From: Klebsormidium nitens
Taxonomy: Eukaryota; Plantae; Klebsormidiophyceae
DNA: 64,000 nucleotides
Direction: 5' to 3'
Assembly (NCBI GenBank): GCA_000708835.1
Contig: DF237173.1
Span: forward strand, 25,438 to 89,437
Shown in pieces: positions 1 to 14,051 of the stretch (position 1 is the first letter of the stretch; each line of letters opens with the position of its first letter). Both the position numbers and the translations under genes were made by a program. The notes beneath the pieces are model-generated. The model saw only the letters and a list, made by a program, of their open reading frames with translations. It ran no database searches and was not told the origin of the DNA.

Positions 1-2882
1 AACCGGAACTGCGTTGCATCTCCTCTTAACCTCGTCAGGCGGGATGTAGGACCATTGTGCTATTCGTTTGAAATCCTGCCACCGACACAGGGTCTTCCCT
101 TCTGTGGGGGCCTTTCCGGGCCAGCTTTCTCCATCCTTTGGGGGCTCGTCTGGCAGAGGGAGCTCCTGACCTTCGTAGAGGACTCGAACGAAGAACTGGT
201 CCGACTCTTGATCAAGCCAAAGCTCAATTGCAAGATCCGAGCTGTACCCGGGCCAAGTCTTGAGGGGCACGCCAAGACAAGCTGCAGCAAGCGAGAAAGC
301 CGAAGCGGTCAGAAGTCGACCATGCACGGGCGCAGAAAAAATGTTCGTCTCAGTTCGTCTACTGACAATGCAGCTGCGAGCTCTTGTACGAGATTGCAAA
401 TAACAACTTCGAGGCACGGTACTCAACGACCTGGCAGACACGTCCTGAATTACAGGATTCATTGTCCTGAACAAAGTTCGATGAGCCATAGACCAGTCAA
501 AACCTCAACGAAGGAATCTGATGCGGACCCACGGTGGACCTGACCGTTGCTTCGACGGTTCAAAGGACGCAAATTGTCCATCGTGATCCTAGATTTATCT
601 CGAGCTTACCGCAGAGTGGCAAGAGAGTGGTGTCATGCCCCGAATAAAGCAGCAATCGGGGGGGTCCCGGACGCTCGTGACTGTCCACCTTCGTGCTCAG
701 ATGCTGAAGCAGCTCCCCGATCAGATTCCCCATGGCGATCTGGCAGATATCCTGGTCCTGCACGACGAAATTGAGTGTTGATCTTTTGCCATCTGTAATG
801 TCAGCTCTGCGATGCATCAGAGGGGGACGACCCCGGAGGATCGCAACAAAGAAGATGAGCGGTACACTGGACACTGATGGATCAACATAAAAAGACGGAT
901 GTCGATCGTAAGTCGGAGTCGATACCAAATCCTCAAGGCTTCTTCGTGGTCAGGTTCTGCAATCGACAAGGTTTTCTCAACGAGTTTCCAGCCGCAACAG
1001 GGGTTCGTTGATTGTCAGGAGTCAATCAACAGGCGGAACAGAGTAGAGCAAAGTAACTCACACTGAATATGTCCGAGACCTCAGCAGCGTTCATCTCTTT
1101 CACTTTTTTAAAGTCGGCGGGTTTGACAACGTCTGGCCAAGGGTCACCATGAGCTTCCGCACAGATGAGTGCGTCCATCAACTACGATCAGAAAAGTAGA
1201 CCTGTGTAAAGGCGAAGCTTCCAAGAACAACTTGGAAGCTCCGAAAAATGATACGAAAGTGCAAGGGCTCTGACGAGATGCAAAAGATTGCTTCGAAGCC
1301 ATTCAAAAAGCCATGCCCTTATTCATTCAAACACAGGATGCGAACCTCCTGAACTTGGACCTCGGTGTTTGAAAAACCACCTTCATTGGATATTCTGGCT
1401 TCACATTTTGAAGTGAGCAGTATCTGCATTCTTGGCTACACAGTGCACGCCGAAGCCAGTCCTTGTCGTCAGCAGGAAAGCTGATAATTCCTGTGACTGG
1501 TGGCTGCAGGACAGTGGTCTGATCAGTTACTCAGGCACAGTTGGAATACTCACAATCAACCAAGGAAACTTCCGAGGAGGAATATGGAAGTGCTTCAGCG
1601 TAGGGCCCGTGATATGCTGCAAAGCGAAGTAGCTCGAGTCAGTCCCGGTGCATGCTTAGGTATCTCGTGGTGGACGGAGACTCCGAGATGGACAGCAATT
1701 GGCTCATAAACTCCTCGTACATACTTTGATTGACCATTAGACAGATTACACTCGCTTCTTCCAAACTTGTGAAGATCGCATAAGAACTTATGACCAACTC
1801 ACCTCAAGCCGCGCATGCCACTTGTATGCTTCTGGTGAGTCTTCTTTCTTTGTGGCATCTCGGAGGCGCCTCTTTGACAAAGCCCCCCAACTGAACAATG
1901 ACAGGTGAGAGACCTTCGGCTTCACGCTCCATCTTCATGAGGATTCTCGTAAAAATCGTTTGACCAGAATTTGAGAACCATGTGATTGGGCCAGAATACA
2001 AGTGAGCTGCTCTATATGACCATGTTTGCAAGTTAGTCTTACCTCTTACAGGCTGGATTTGGATACAAGCTCTCCTCATCGTCCGCCATGAAAGTAATCT
2101 GTTGACGCTGAGCCGCCTCCTCCGAGTCCAGAAGCCCCGTCAAAACAAACCGTGCCGAAGCATGAGTGCGTGCATAATTGGTAGATCTTATCACTAAGTT
2201 CGACCCTGCCTCTGCACTATTGCCCTCAATGAGATCCCCATACCTGATCTGCAACCGCTGGCCCAACTCATAAGCCTGATGAGCCCCTTTCTTGGTCAAG
2301 AGTCCAAAAGGGAAAGGATTGCCTCCCTCAACATACTTCTGCCTTTCAAAGGTTTCAATGTCCACAAGACGATGGGCCCATAAGGTCTTCACATTTGCTG
2401 GGATTGAGCTGGCATAGGCGCTCCTGACATTTGGACTACGATCACCGTGGCGGAAGAGCACGTGGGCCTGCGCAGGAGTAAGAAGGTCTTTAAATAGTAG
2501 TATATGACCACCACACTACCTGTCAAATCCAGGACATCAAGGTACACTAGGATGAATGCACTACCACTATGGCCTCGAGCCCCAGCTCCACATCTGAAGG
2601 TTTGAGAGTCCCATTTGAGAAGTCAGTCACAGGTTCTGATCGGATTGCAATAAAAGCATATGAGTACTTGTCATACTAATGTAGCACAAGCCATCAGATG
2701 TGCCTTCCCACCTGGAGCAGTTTCCACCGTGACTTTGCTTGCATCAGCTCCTCAGCCTTTGGATTCACAGTTGCCACCATTTCTGCTTCGGCAGGCTGGC
2801 TGAGACACACAGGACTGACACCTCTAGCACAGGCGGCGATGATTGCGATCGCCATGAAAGCGGGTTTTATACCGAAGATCAT
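1..2882 (-). CDS. Histidine acid phosphatase (branch 2, ACP6/lysosomal acid phosphatase-like), multi-exon; 3' end runs off the window, 5' end approximate
   Basis: Exon 2882-2712 (...RWKLLQ|gt) splices to AHVLFRHGDRSP, the RHGxRxP catalytic motif (~2467). A later exon gives RLLLYSGHDTTLLPL (HD motif, ~610-660). The last visible exon reads WPGYSSDLAIELW...FFVRVLYEGQELPL and is still open at position 1. Confidence 0.88.
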
Positions 2883-3970
2883 CAGGATCTGTTTGACTTG
2901 ATCAGAGTGCCCTTCTTGCAGAGAAATGCATATACTTGCAGCATTTCCTGTTTGGAGGACGTGCTCATTGCTGTATCAAAGTTGAGGACTGCAAAGATTA
3001 CTTGTTGCTTGCGGGAATTGTGCAAGGAAACCCCGATCACAGCGGAGAAAAGTCCGGGTGTAAACCAGCAGGGTCCAGGTACTGCGGACAGCGTCTGCTT
3101 CCTTCTGGTCGCATTGAGCTGATGTGGCCTTACAAGGTGCCCTTTGCTCATACATCAGATCTGCGCCTTTGAGCTGCATTCAAGATCGCACTGTGCACTG
3201 TGCGCTGCTCAGCTCTGCATTTCCCCATGTGGAAGTGCCAAGATCTGCTATTAGTATCCGAGTCCGTGCAAGGACGCTTTCGAAGGTACGAAATCCTGGC
3301 AGTCGGCCTTGAAATCCTGACTATATGTAGGTAGCTAAATCCTATGCAAGGAAAAATTCTATATTACCTTATTCATAGTTGCTCAGTGGAGAACTTGACA
3401 CTACCGTAGGTAGAGTCTGCAGGCTAGACCCAAGAGAAGGCCACCAATACGTTGTGTACCGTAGTTTTGAGGGTTCTCAGTGCGTATGAATACTATAGAT
3501 TCACCATAGGTATTTAATAGCACATATATTAGGTCAGCTCGAGGACTTCTGAAGGCAATTTGTGGTCACGGAAAACCTCCAATCACCTACCTACCTACCT
3601 ACAAACCAAAACTGGGCAAACCTTGATTCCGAGTCTTGAGTCCCAGCAGAGCATGGCAGAGCAGCAGCAATAGCGCCTCCTCTCCTGGTTACTTGAGAAC
3701 TTTCAAGTGTTTGGTCTATGATCGTAAGTGAGCCCCTTGAGTACTAGGCGCTTTATATTGTCTTCTTTTGGACAAGGGTCAGCTTCTTAGTCACGTCACG
3801 AGCATTCTTCTGGGATCAAGTTTGGTCGCTGAAAGGGCCCAATTCGTGCATCCTGTGTCTGTCTGCGTAAGAAGATATGTTATTCTGAATGCGATCAATC
3901 CTGAGAAAGTCGAGTAACGGCAGCAGCAATCGAGGCGGCCTAAGATCGGATTCAGCACCCTCTGGGCAAG

Positions 3971-6900
3971 ATGAGCATGTACGGGTTTGAAGCGATGAGT
4001 TTCAACATCAAGGATGGATTTCTGGAGGCCATAGTGAGGGGATACAAAGCAGGCTTGCTCTCAGCAATTGACTACAACAATCTGTGCCAATGCGAGACAC
4101 TTGATGACATCAAGCTTCAGCTTTCAGGCACAGACTACGGAAACTTTTTGGCAAATGGTGAGTGGGACTTTCTGGGTGCTTCAATTCTTCAAGTATGCCA
4201 CAGCTTCAGTTTCTATAAAGTGAGTGCCTTCCTCATTGAGCTGGTATAGAGGAGCACAGAACGTAAGCACCGCTTCAAAGATCTGCCCCGGAGAAGCTGA
4301 ACACGTGGACGCGTCTGATCTGGCAAGTCATTTTGAAACAAGTCAGCTGGCTGAGGATCTAGGGTTCTCAAAGGTGTTGGTCAATGTGGACTCTTTTAAA
4401 GCTCAGGTTTACTCTGAAACTGCGGCTCAATCTATTTCTGACCTTTAGTGTTATTCCTGGTTCACAGAGCCCTCCCCGCTGCACACAGCTACAATTGTGG
4501 AGAAATGTACACAGAGTCTCGTCAGCGAGTTCAGCTACATGCGCACACAGGCATCCGAGCCTCTCGCAACCTTCCTAGACTATGTCACGTGAGTACTTCA
4601 TGTTGGCAAAGGACTTTTCTAAGAATACCGTCTGCGAGCACGATTGATTGTGTGATGTTTGCAGATGCGTTTGATTTGTTTGTTTTTTTTTTCTCTTGCT
4701 TTGCCAGGCACCCTGTCTCTCTGGATTTGCAAATTCCCTTGCAACGAGCACCTCAAGTTGTGTGCAGGTATGGACATATGATTGACAACATCGTGCTCAT
4801 TGTTTCGGGGACTCTCCACGAGCGGGATGTCCAAGAATTGTTGGACAAATGCCATCCGCTTGGGATGTTTGATAGGTGAGCGATGTGACCGAGGTTCTAA
4901 AACTGCATATTGCTTTTTAAATTTCACCCAGCATACTCTGGGCGGCACTCTGCCAACGCTGGATCAGTGATCATAAAGACAGATTTGAAATCTGAAAATG
5001 CCTACGGAAGTTTCTTTGCACCACTTACAAATGATTTAACCGTATCCTTTGCTGCAGTATTGCTACCCTGGCAGTTGCATCAAACATGCGCGAGCTCTAC
5101 AGGCTTGTCTTGGTTGACACCCCGCTCGCCCCGTACTTTGCCGAGTGCGTCACATCGGAGGTGAGAAGAAGCAGGAAGCGAGAGTCAAGGTGCTATATAC
5201 TAGTCGGAGATAGAAGAACCAGCTATTATCCACCAATATTGCAGGCTGTTTTAGTTTGTCAACCCCTTCTCCGCAATTGTAGCAACAGGGCCGATTCTCT
5301 TTATGTCATACTTACACCTCTCATCTCTGGTTGCTGAAAATGTCTCTACGAGGTTGTCTCAACTGGTTATTTCAACCTCCAGCCTCTCTGACCTTCACCG
5401 TCTAGTGAGGGCTGTTATGCGACAAGAAAGAGGCCCCAGATTGTTGTGTAATTGTTCGAAGGCATCCGCTCTTCCTGCACATCCTCTTTCCTTTGTGCAC
5501 ACCCTACCAGCCCTCACTCCCCTTTGTTGTTCACATCAGGACCTTGATGACATGAACATTGAGATCATGAGGAACACGCTCTACAAAGCGTATCTGGAGG
5601 ACTTTTACAACTTCTGCAAAGTGAGTGCCTTCTGACAAGTGCGACGTATAAAGCAATTGTCTGGCCCAATGTCCTCTTCCTCTTGATTGAAGATGAATCA
5701 CGCTTTTCTTGAAACGCCCATTTGCTGAGCATTTCATAGAGAGTCGTGTCACGGTATGGTAGGAAAGGCCACAAGATGTGGTGGCCCCAACTCCTGATGG
5801 ATGTGGCGCTTGAGACTTTGATCTTTCGACTAAAAGCCTGCTATTTGGATGAGGGATTCTCTGAACGGATTCCTTGGGTCGTATCGTGCAGAAGCTGGGG
5901 GGTGCAACTGCTACAATCATGTGCGACCTTCTCGCATACGAGGCTGACAGACGAGCCATCAACATCACAATCAACAGGCAAGTCGAACCTCGTCAAGAAG
6001 GGCTTTGCTCTCGTGCTTCCAACCGATCTCGCAGGCTCTGGGGTCGAACCCAGCCACCTCCGAGTCATCGGGACTAGGTGCAATACCGCTTGAGCAAACC
6101 TGCCTTGTTTTTCAACGGAAGAGGCTAACGGTTGTTGAGCATAAGTGATGTCCCATGCGGTTTGTTCGCAACGTGTGTGTTTAAGCCTCTCTTCCGAGCA
6201 TTCACAGCGGACCGGGAAAGTGGTTCGGCAAGTTTGACAATCTGTGATTTGGTTTGTGCAGCATCGGGACAGAGCTCACCCGGGACGACCGGCGCAAGCT
6301 GTTCTCACACTTCGGCCTCTTGTGAGTCCTTCGCAACCGGCTCTGCACTCGTTCGTTGGTTGCCATCCGCATTGAGAAGAACGACTCTCTCCATAAGTGT
6401 ACTTGTCTCTCGTTACCACACTCTGGCCACCAATTTTTGAATCTCACTCTGGAAGATATGGAAACACCTTGAAGGATTTTGATTCACACCTTGGGCGGAT
6501 GCAGAGCCTTGCTTGCATGCCAGTGTCGCTCCTTGTGTTGCTCGTGCTTTCTTCAGCCGCAGGATGTAGCTGCTGAGTTAACGGTCCTACTTCGAGGCCG
6601 GCTTTGAAAGTACAAACAAGCTTATCGTGTAGACGTAAGTGGCATACGTGTTATCAAAAAGATGTGTGTACTTCCTGACTTCTTGTTCATGGGGCCCTCT
6701 TGCTCATGCAGGTATCCTTACGGCCACGAAGAATTGGCGGTCTGTGAAGACTTCGACCAGGTGCATATTCTTAGGGCTTTCAGACCGTTCGTCCTGCCTG
6801 TTTCAGCGATCCCTGTGCTGTGGTACCTTTGGGATCATTCTAAATTGCTCCCGAAGAACACCTTCATCTGTGATACGTTCACGGTGAACTCACGTATTTG

Positions 6901-7928
6901 CAAAAGCGATGCTTCAGTCTCCTTTCGGAGAGGTTCTTCTGCCGGCTGCTTATAGTGTTTCTTGAAGCACCGTTCTCCTCACAGCATCATCTGCGACCCT
7001 ACTCAGTTCCTCAGCACCCGAGTTGGTACTCGGTTTCGGCATCCGCGTTTCCAGGGCCCAGCCCTCCAGATCCTGTGTGTTTTCAGCTTTGCAGTCGGCC
7101 CCTGCTTTTTTCTCGTTAGAAGGAGCATAGGCTTCGAAGAAACGATTAGGGTGCTTTTCCGTTAGATGAAGGTGCGTGCGGGCAATGGAAACAATACCCC
7201 CTAACAACGCATTCTAAAGGCTGCTTTCAAAGCTGTTTTTAATGGCTGCTCTCCCTTTTGCAGGTGCGTGCGGCGATGGAGAAGTACCCCCCCTACCAGA
7301 GCATCTTCTCGAAGCTCCAGTTTGGTGAGAGCCAGATCTTGGACAAGGCCTTCTACGAGGCGGAGGTCAAGGCGTGCGTTCTGGGATACGAGCAACAGGT
7401 GAGCCACGATCCATGCATCTTCCAAGGCACCTTGTCGGTGGCGACTTGTCAGAGACTTCTTTGTTGGTGGCGGGCTTATCCCTTCTGCAGGGCTTCTTGT
7501 CGGTGGGGGTTCCCATTACGCCCTCAATCGCCAAAGTTTTCCTTCTGGAGCTTGTGCAATCTTGGTGGAATTGTTCGTTTGGGAAAGCACCAGATCAGTA
7601 CAAAACTCGTATTTAACCGGCTTGACTCAGATTGAAGTATGAGCAAGCCACTGCAGACTCGAGTCTCGAGGAGGTAGAATCTGGTCAGCAGTTGCTTCGA
7701 GAGACGATGTCAGAACAGGCGCATATACCCGAACAACAGCTCATTCAGTACGTTACTGGTCTTTGTCTGCACTCACTATCTCTTTCTTCCCTGCAGTTCC
7801 ACTACGCTGTCTTCTTTGCCTACGTAAGGTTGAAAGAGCAGGAGATTCGGAACATCATGTGGATTTCAGAATGTGTTGCACAGAACCAGAAGGCGCGCAT
7901 TCATGACGGGATTGTCTTCATCTTCTAA
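3971..7928 (+). CDS. VHA-d: V-type proton ATPase V0 subunit d, about 10 exons
   Basis: Recognisable exons [98 protein letters not shown] and [43 protein letters not shown], all with GT-AG boundaries. Confidence 0.97.
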
Positions 7929-8781
7929 GGTCGGAGCCGCCCTATCCCTAAGCAGCCACATGACAGATTGGGAGACATTCAAACACCTTACCAATTTTAG
8001 CGTAGATCGTTATGTAAATACCTGAAACCAGAGTCCGCACTGTGACATTGAAAGAGACCTGCCTGGCATGCCACCCGCCCTATGCCCAAGCATACACATT
8101 CGACGATGGCTGTTGCGTTGGCCTACCAAGTTTAGAAACTCAACTTATTGAAGTATACTAGAGAGGCAAGCCAATGTATACGGTCTGCTAGGCCGCATAG
8201 AAGAAATGCAAGAGCTACTTAATATGCACTAGCTTGAACACCGGATGCAGTGCCGTCATTGGCCACGGGGGCCGCCTGAAAAACATGTGGACGGCCATGC
8301 AGCTGTACATTCAATTATGTGCATGCATGACAACTGAGATGGTTAAATATCATAGTCTCATGTGCGATTGAGCACTGCGGCCTGAAGCAATAATTTATAT
8401 ACATGTCGAAAATGGAACCATGTGTCGCTCACATGATATGCCGCATGTCAACATGGGACACAAGGGACTTCGACGAAGAGTACGCCGTTACTTTACTATT
8501 AGTACACACCAAACTCAGCATGATGCATGGCAAATGCCGCGACCTAGGCGGACAACGCTACATGCCGCGCCTTGGCATCCGAGTTGTTGCATGACTTCTG
8601 CGGCCATCATCGACGACTGAAGTGCGTCCATGCAGACATAAGGCACCTGCCGCACCTCAGGAATTCTTCAGCTCTAGCTCAATCGGTGTCAGGCGTTACA
8701 GAAGCTGCTTCTGCTTCGTCACTAGGTAGATGGTCAAATATACAAGGCCTATCAAGTCGACAAGGCTCCTCGAGGAAAGGT

Positions 8782-11700
8782 TCAATCTAGATGTAGCGTC
8801 TGCAAAAAAAAAAAAAAATCCTTATCCTGAGCACTTTGGAAAAAGAATTCAGAAAGAACGATAAAGCAGCGCCTTATTGAGGGTTGGACGGGCAGCGAAA
8901 ATTCGATGAAACCGCACTTCCCGCAATCGCAACCATTCTAACATGTGCACTTGTGCAGAACGTGCTCGGCTCAAAGCAGGACAACGATGCGCAAAGCGGT
9001 AATCTGCCTCATGCACTTTTGGAAAGTTGTTGTAGAAACGGGGAAAAACAATCAGCTCGACGAGGAGGGAGGGCGTAAAAGGGGTGCTAACCTTCCAAAG
9101 GCCGTCGTTTAGATAGTGAATATTGTCGACCCCAATTCCCTTGTTTATTTTCGCTCTGCATAAAAGGTGAGGGGAGATTTCAATAAAGGCTGTCTGGAAG
9201 AACGCACTTTCGAAAAGCAGGCTGTGACACCAGGAACTTCTAACAAGCATCAATCAGAAGCAATCTAACTTGCCCTTGCCTTTTCAGTACTGCCTGAAGA
9301 CCTCAGAAGATTAAAAGAACCGGCTCGGAACCCACAAGCAACAATGGCGTCTCTCATTCCCGCACAGATATAGTTGCAGCACTTGCAAATGCAGAGATCA
9401 GACGCTATTCCATACGCTCCAGTGCACAAGAAAGCAAGCAGACTGAAAGCAGATTCCTGAAATCTGCAGCGAGAAGACAAGCCAGCGAGCACTTACATAT
9501 CCCCCGTCGACATTTTTGTCATGCCGATCGCAAGCGCAAGCTCTTTCCCCTCTGCGTGAATTGCCTGCATAATCCCAGGCGCTGAGTTCAACGACATTGG
9601 CAATAAGCAGCAACGAGCAGCGCAAGAAAGCCTTGGCGTGAATATCACACTTTACATGGTTGCAGATGTGGACGAGACGACGGTTTTGATTGACAGTGCC
9701 GGCTCGTCCAATTCTATCAAACGTCCAAGTGAAGTACGCTGATTGATCGGAGAAGGGCCAACAAACAGAACGGACATCCCACACTCGACCTTGTCCCGCC
9801 AGGAACCAAAAACGTTGCAATCAATTTTGCAACTGCTTTGTAAGTTGGTTGTCCGCTTGATGAGCTGAACTCCAAACAAGGTTCTTAGAAAGCTCCTTGG
9901 CTGATTACCGGCTGACAAATACATTCATCGAATACGGAGTCGACCAGCGGACCGCTTTTCCATTCGTGACAGCTTCGACGGTCTGAGTTTATGAGCATCA
10001 TGGCTTCAAACTCGGCTTTGAACAGCGACCCTTTTAAAGACGTGAGTGGACGGTGCCAGCTGAAGCTGCTACAATCTTCAACGGCTGGCCGCAATACCTA
10101 ACTCTAATCGACGGCAACCACAGAAGTGCGCTTCAAAAGAGTCTAGTTGTTCAAAGCTGCATACATCAAAAGCTCGGCCGTTCGAAGGTGAGGGCTGCAA
10201 TCACTACGAAGGAAGTCGATCGAGTTGGCCGGACTTGACAAAACCTGCAGTATTGCCATGGTGGCCCTCGAGAACAAACCACCGTGATTTCTCGCCTGGA
10301 ATGAGACTTCTGTCCCAAGATTCTGACGTCCGATTTGACACGTCAGCTTTTGGTTCTCGAACCTTACAAACAGAAAACTTGACGCTCTGACGTTCCGAAC
10401 GGAGAGTGAATTTCTAAGCACAAGCGACGACTCACCACCGGTTGTTCTGCATCCACTTCGTCTTCTAGCGCGCCGCCTTTTGACGTGAGACCAGGACACA
10501 TGATGTTCGCTCCGGATAGCACGAACTTGATAGCGCCCCGGTCGACCCGCACCCGTTTCATGACCGTCGGATCTGCGCAAACCAATGAATCGACGGTCGT
10601 GAACACGGGAGGATAGCTCACCAGTTTGACAATGCTTTTGTTGTATGAAATGCTCTGCATGCCGACTTGCCGGGGCAGAGCTTAGGTGAATGCGATGATA
10701 AGCATGCTCATGATTTTCTGCTGACACTTCTATTGCTCTCGTCTCCGACCGTTTGCAACCTCTTGGCAAGGCCGTAGCAGAGTTGAGGCGTCGTGGGGTT
10801 GTTCCGGACTGAATGATCGTAGTAAAGAAAGAGAGCGAAAAAGGAACGGAATACGAGAAGAAGAGAGAAGATGCCAACACTCGGCACACAAGCTTCCGAC
10901 AGAAAGACTCGTACTTCGGTGTTTTCAAGGGTCCCGTAAGTGCGCATAATATTTTCAAACAGGTGACGCTGCCTGACGACTGACGTACTAAGACGCACAC
11001 TTCACTCCATGCAAACTCTTCGAAGGTCGGGCATGCGGCGAGAATTCGGCGGCTCACACTGGTGCAGTAAGCGGAGTGTTGGCATGTAAGGGCCATCCCG
11101 GATGTTGAAGAAGAGGGGAACGTTGTTGATGACGACGAGGTTTAGGTGGTTCTGACTGCCAACCAGATAACGAGGAACGGTCTTAGAACATCAGCAGGTG
11201 CACTCAGAAGACGAAAAAGGAGGATCCGAACATTCTGACGAGAGTCGTTTTCATATACTTGCAGAGTCAACGCTTTGAGGGATACAACATTTTCCGTTTT
11301 TGGAGGCGCGGGAGAGGAGAATAGCTTTTAACAGAAGCCGCTTGAGGCAGCAGCTGACGTGTTGCGCAATCACTAAGAAGTACCCAAGCTTTGCTTTGGA
11401 TTCAACTTTATGCATGTTTCGACAGCGCTTTCAATGCAGAAGCTTCAGAAGAACGACTGAAGTCGGATGGACGCAATTCTTGCGATACTATAGCAGCACC
11501 AGATTCATCAGAAAAGCGGAGTTTTTCTTGTCGTGCTCACCACTTAGCAACGATCAGAGGCTCCTTTTTTGGAAGAAGATCGTCTAAGACAGGCTCGAGC
11601 AGAGGATACTGCAAAACGGGAAGGGATGATGTCAGCGGTGCACCTTCAAAGGGCTCTCAGCCATTCGGGAGACCCCTTAAAGAGGGCGTCACAGGACTGG

Positions 11701-13138
11701 TCCTACAGCAAGCGACCAAATTGCCCCAAATCAGGGCCAGCTTGGTCGCCGAAGGCACTTTTCGAGATGGAATCTCAGCCGTCAGATGAAGTTTTCCCTC
11801 AGGACTCAGATGCACGAGTGTACCTTGACATCTGACGCCCTCATTAAAGTACGGGTTGGCAATGGCCAGATCGTTCTGTATGTTTGACAGGTGATTAGCC
11901 CCACTGAAAGCAGCCAGAGTCAAGGCTGTAGGAGAGCGGACATTCCACTGAGCTCCAAAACGAGGATGCACAACTTTCTGATGCGCAGTTTACCCAAAGC
12001 TTTCAACACACGTTTCAACAAAACTATGCGGCTCTTTGATTGTAACAACCTCGACACGGTCAACAACAGAAGTGACACCCGAGGATGGACCCGTTGACCG
12101 GACACCCTGGTTGTAAAGAAAAACTTTAGTCTTAAAATCTAAGGTCCGGAAAGCAGAAACTTTAATATTAGCTTTTGGGATGGCATACCAGGCTAGGCAC
12201 TGTGCATGCTCAAGGGAGCCTCCAGTTCTGGCTACGGCAACCAGATAAGTATGCCTTTGGCCCCTCAAAGTCCGGTGGCGATGCCGCCCCAATCAGTGGC
12301 ACCACTTCCGAAGACCAACTCTGATCTCACACACTCCAGCTATCTTAAAGACAGGTTCCTGTGAGATCTCGACAGGAGAGAGTTGTTGACAGAAAAGTAG
12401 ATTCACTACTGTAGACGGAAAAGTTCACCACCGACTGCACGCACCTGATCGGCGATACTCTGCCGGATCTTCCTCTGCACTGAGGATTTCACTTGGTTCT
12501 GCCCCGAAACCTCCTCATGGGTGAATCTGCAGTCCACACAGAAGGATATGAGCATCTAAAAGTGGCTCTCGGATTGAATGGGGAACATTGGTGGAACATC
12601 CTGACACAACCATTTTTTAGGAGCACCGAAGCCCGTTTAGGCAACTTCGACTGATCGCCCCGCTTTTTGAGAAAGTCGCTTCGTAGCTTTGCAGCATCTC
12701 GGGGCATCCGCGCGAATTGCGTAACCTTGAGGACAATTGCTTGTATCAATGTTTGGCAATTTCATCATTGAAGTACTGACCCGCTTTCACCTCAAACTTC
12801 CATTGAAGTACTCTAGGGCGTATCAACAGTTGGGACTTCATCATTTCAGTTGAGAACCCCATTTTTGGTAATGGTGCCATCAAGATAATCACCAGATAGT
12901 GACAACCAAGCCACAAAGCACAGAGATCATATAACAACTTCAATGCTTTGCGTCCTGAAAGAGGGGTCTTCTGCATGGAACTCGACTTTTCATTGAAAGT
13001 TTCAACCACGGCACGGCTTCTTTTAAAATACTGTAATAAACGAAGTATTTGAATCCAATTCTTGGAAAGATTCCTCAGGTCAGCCTAACGTAGAACTGGC
13101 GCGTCAAATTGTGGCAGGCGCACTTACTTTTTGAACAT
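8782..13138 (-). CDS. MCTS1: MCTS1/Tma20 PUA-domain translation re-initiation factor
   Basis: Spliced exons: MFKK (11-nt coding first exon, 13138-13128), [154 protein letters not shown]. Confidence 0.95.
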
Positions 13139-14051
13139 CGCAAGAGAGTTGTGGTGGTGTATGCCAAAGCTGATGACCACGCTGTGGGTTGATCGACCTC
13201 AGCAGAGCACAAACACAGTGCAATCCTCGCACGCCTCACAAGAAGCGGCAGGAAGCGGCTTTTTTTGTTGTGAAGGTTTGTAATCTTCCTGTCAGCAGTC
13301 ACGCACGGAGGTGACGAGAAGGCTCGCACAGCCGCTCTGACCGGGGTGAAAACGAGCTGCAGGACTTGAGTGGGGAACTGTTTGCTCCAGAACACGAGCT
13401 GGCAACCTGGCAGAGCGTGCTTTTGCAACCTCACGCAGGAATCAGGATTTCAGTGACAGAGTGGAATGCAGACGTCTGTGCACACGCAGCACAGCTCAAA
13501 ACAGAAGCTAGCTAGGTACAAGTTGTTCTGGGTTAAGACCCACGTTTCAGAACAGGTTTACGAGTAGTCGGATCAGCGTTTGCATTAACTGGGTGCGGTT
13601 ATCGACCTAGCTGTGGCACGCGCCGCAGGCTACGGTTTGCTGGTTATATGCAGAGGGTTACGGCCTACTTCCGTGAAACCCAAAAGGCTCCAGCGCAAAC
13701 CTCGATCGAGACCCCAGGACTCATGCCAATGCATGGGCAAAGAGTCGAAAGACGCCACCACTTCTCAAAACGTCTCATTTGAATTGTGGGCGTCTTGTGC
13801 GCGCTTGCCTTGTGCTTGATGTCCTTCAGAAGGTCGTCATATTCGATCTAACATGCTTGATTGGGGATCCTAGGCTGCGTTGTTGTTTGTGTTTCTGTTT
13901 CATCTTCTCGCAAGTTTTACAGACTTTGCAATGCTGCCTCAGGCTTCTTCACCACAGTCTTCAAACTCCTCCTTTTAATATTTGCCATCTCGAAGTCAGG
14001 CAGACGTATTTGTACTGGTTAACTGTGAACTCGCTTCTGACGTTGGAAAGT

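Noticed and set aside
3585-3602. (ACCT)4 microsatellite; also a 14-bp tandem duplication at 45587-45614
   Set aside because: These are ordinary short tandem repeats with no evidence of function.
4218-4232. 15-nt identity (aaagtgagtgccttc) with the VHA-d donor region at ~5617-5631
   Set aside because: It is short, non-adjacent and largely the donor consensus, so it is plausibly chance.
8804-8818. A15 run suggesting a retroposed poly(A) tail
   Set aside because: On the minus strand it is the T-rich pyrimidine tract directly before the acceptor (ttttgcag|ACGCTACATCTAGATTGA) of the last MCTS1 exon.
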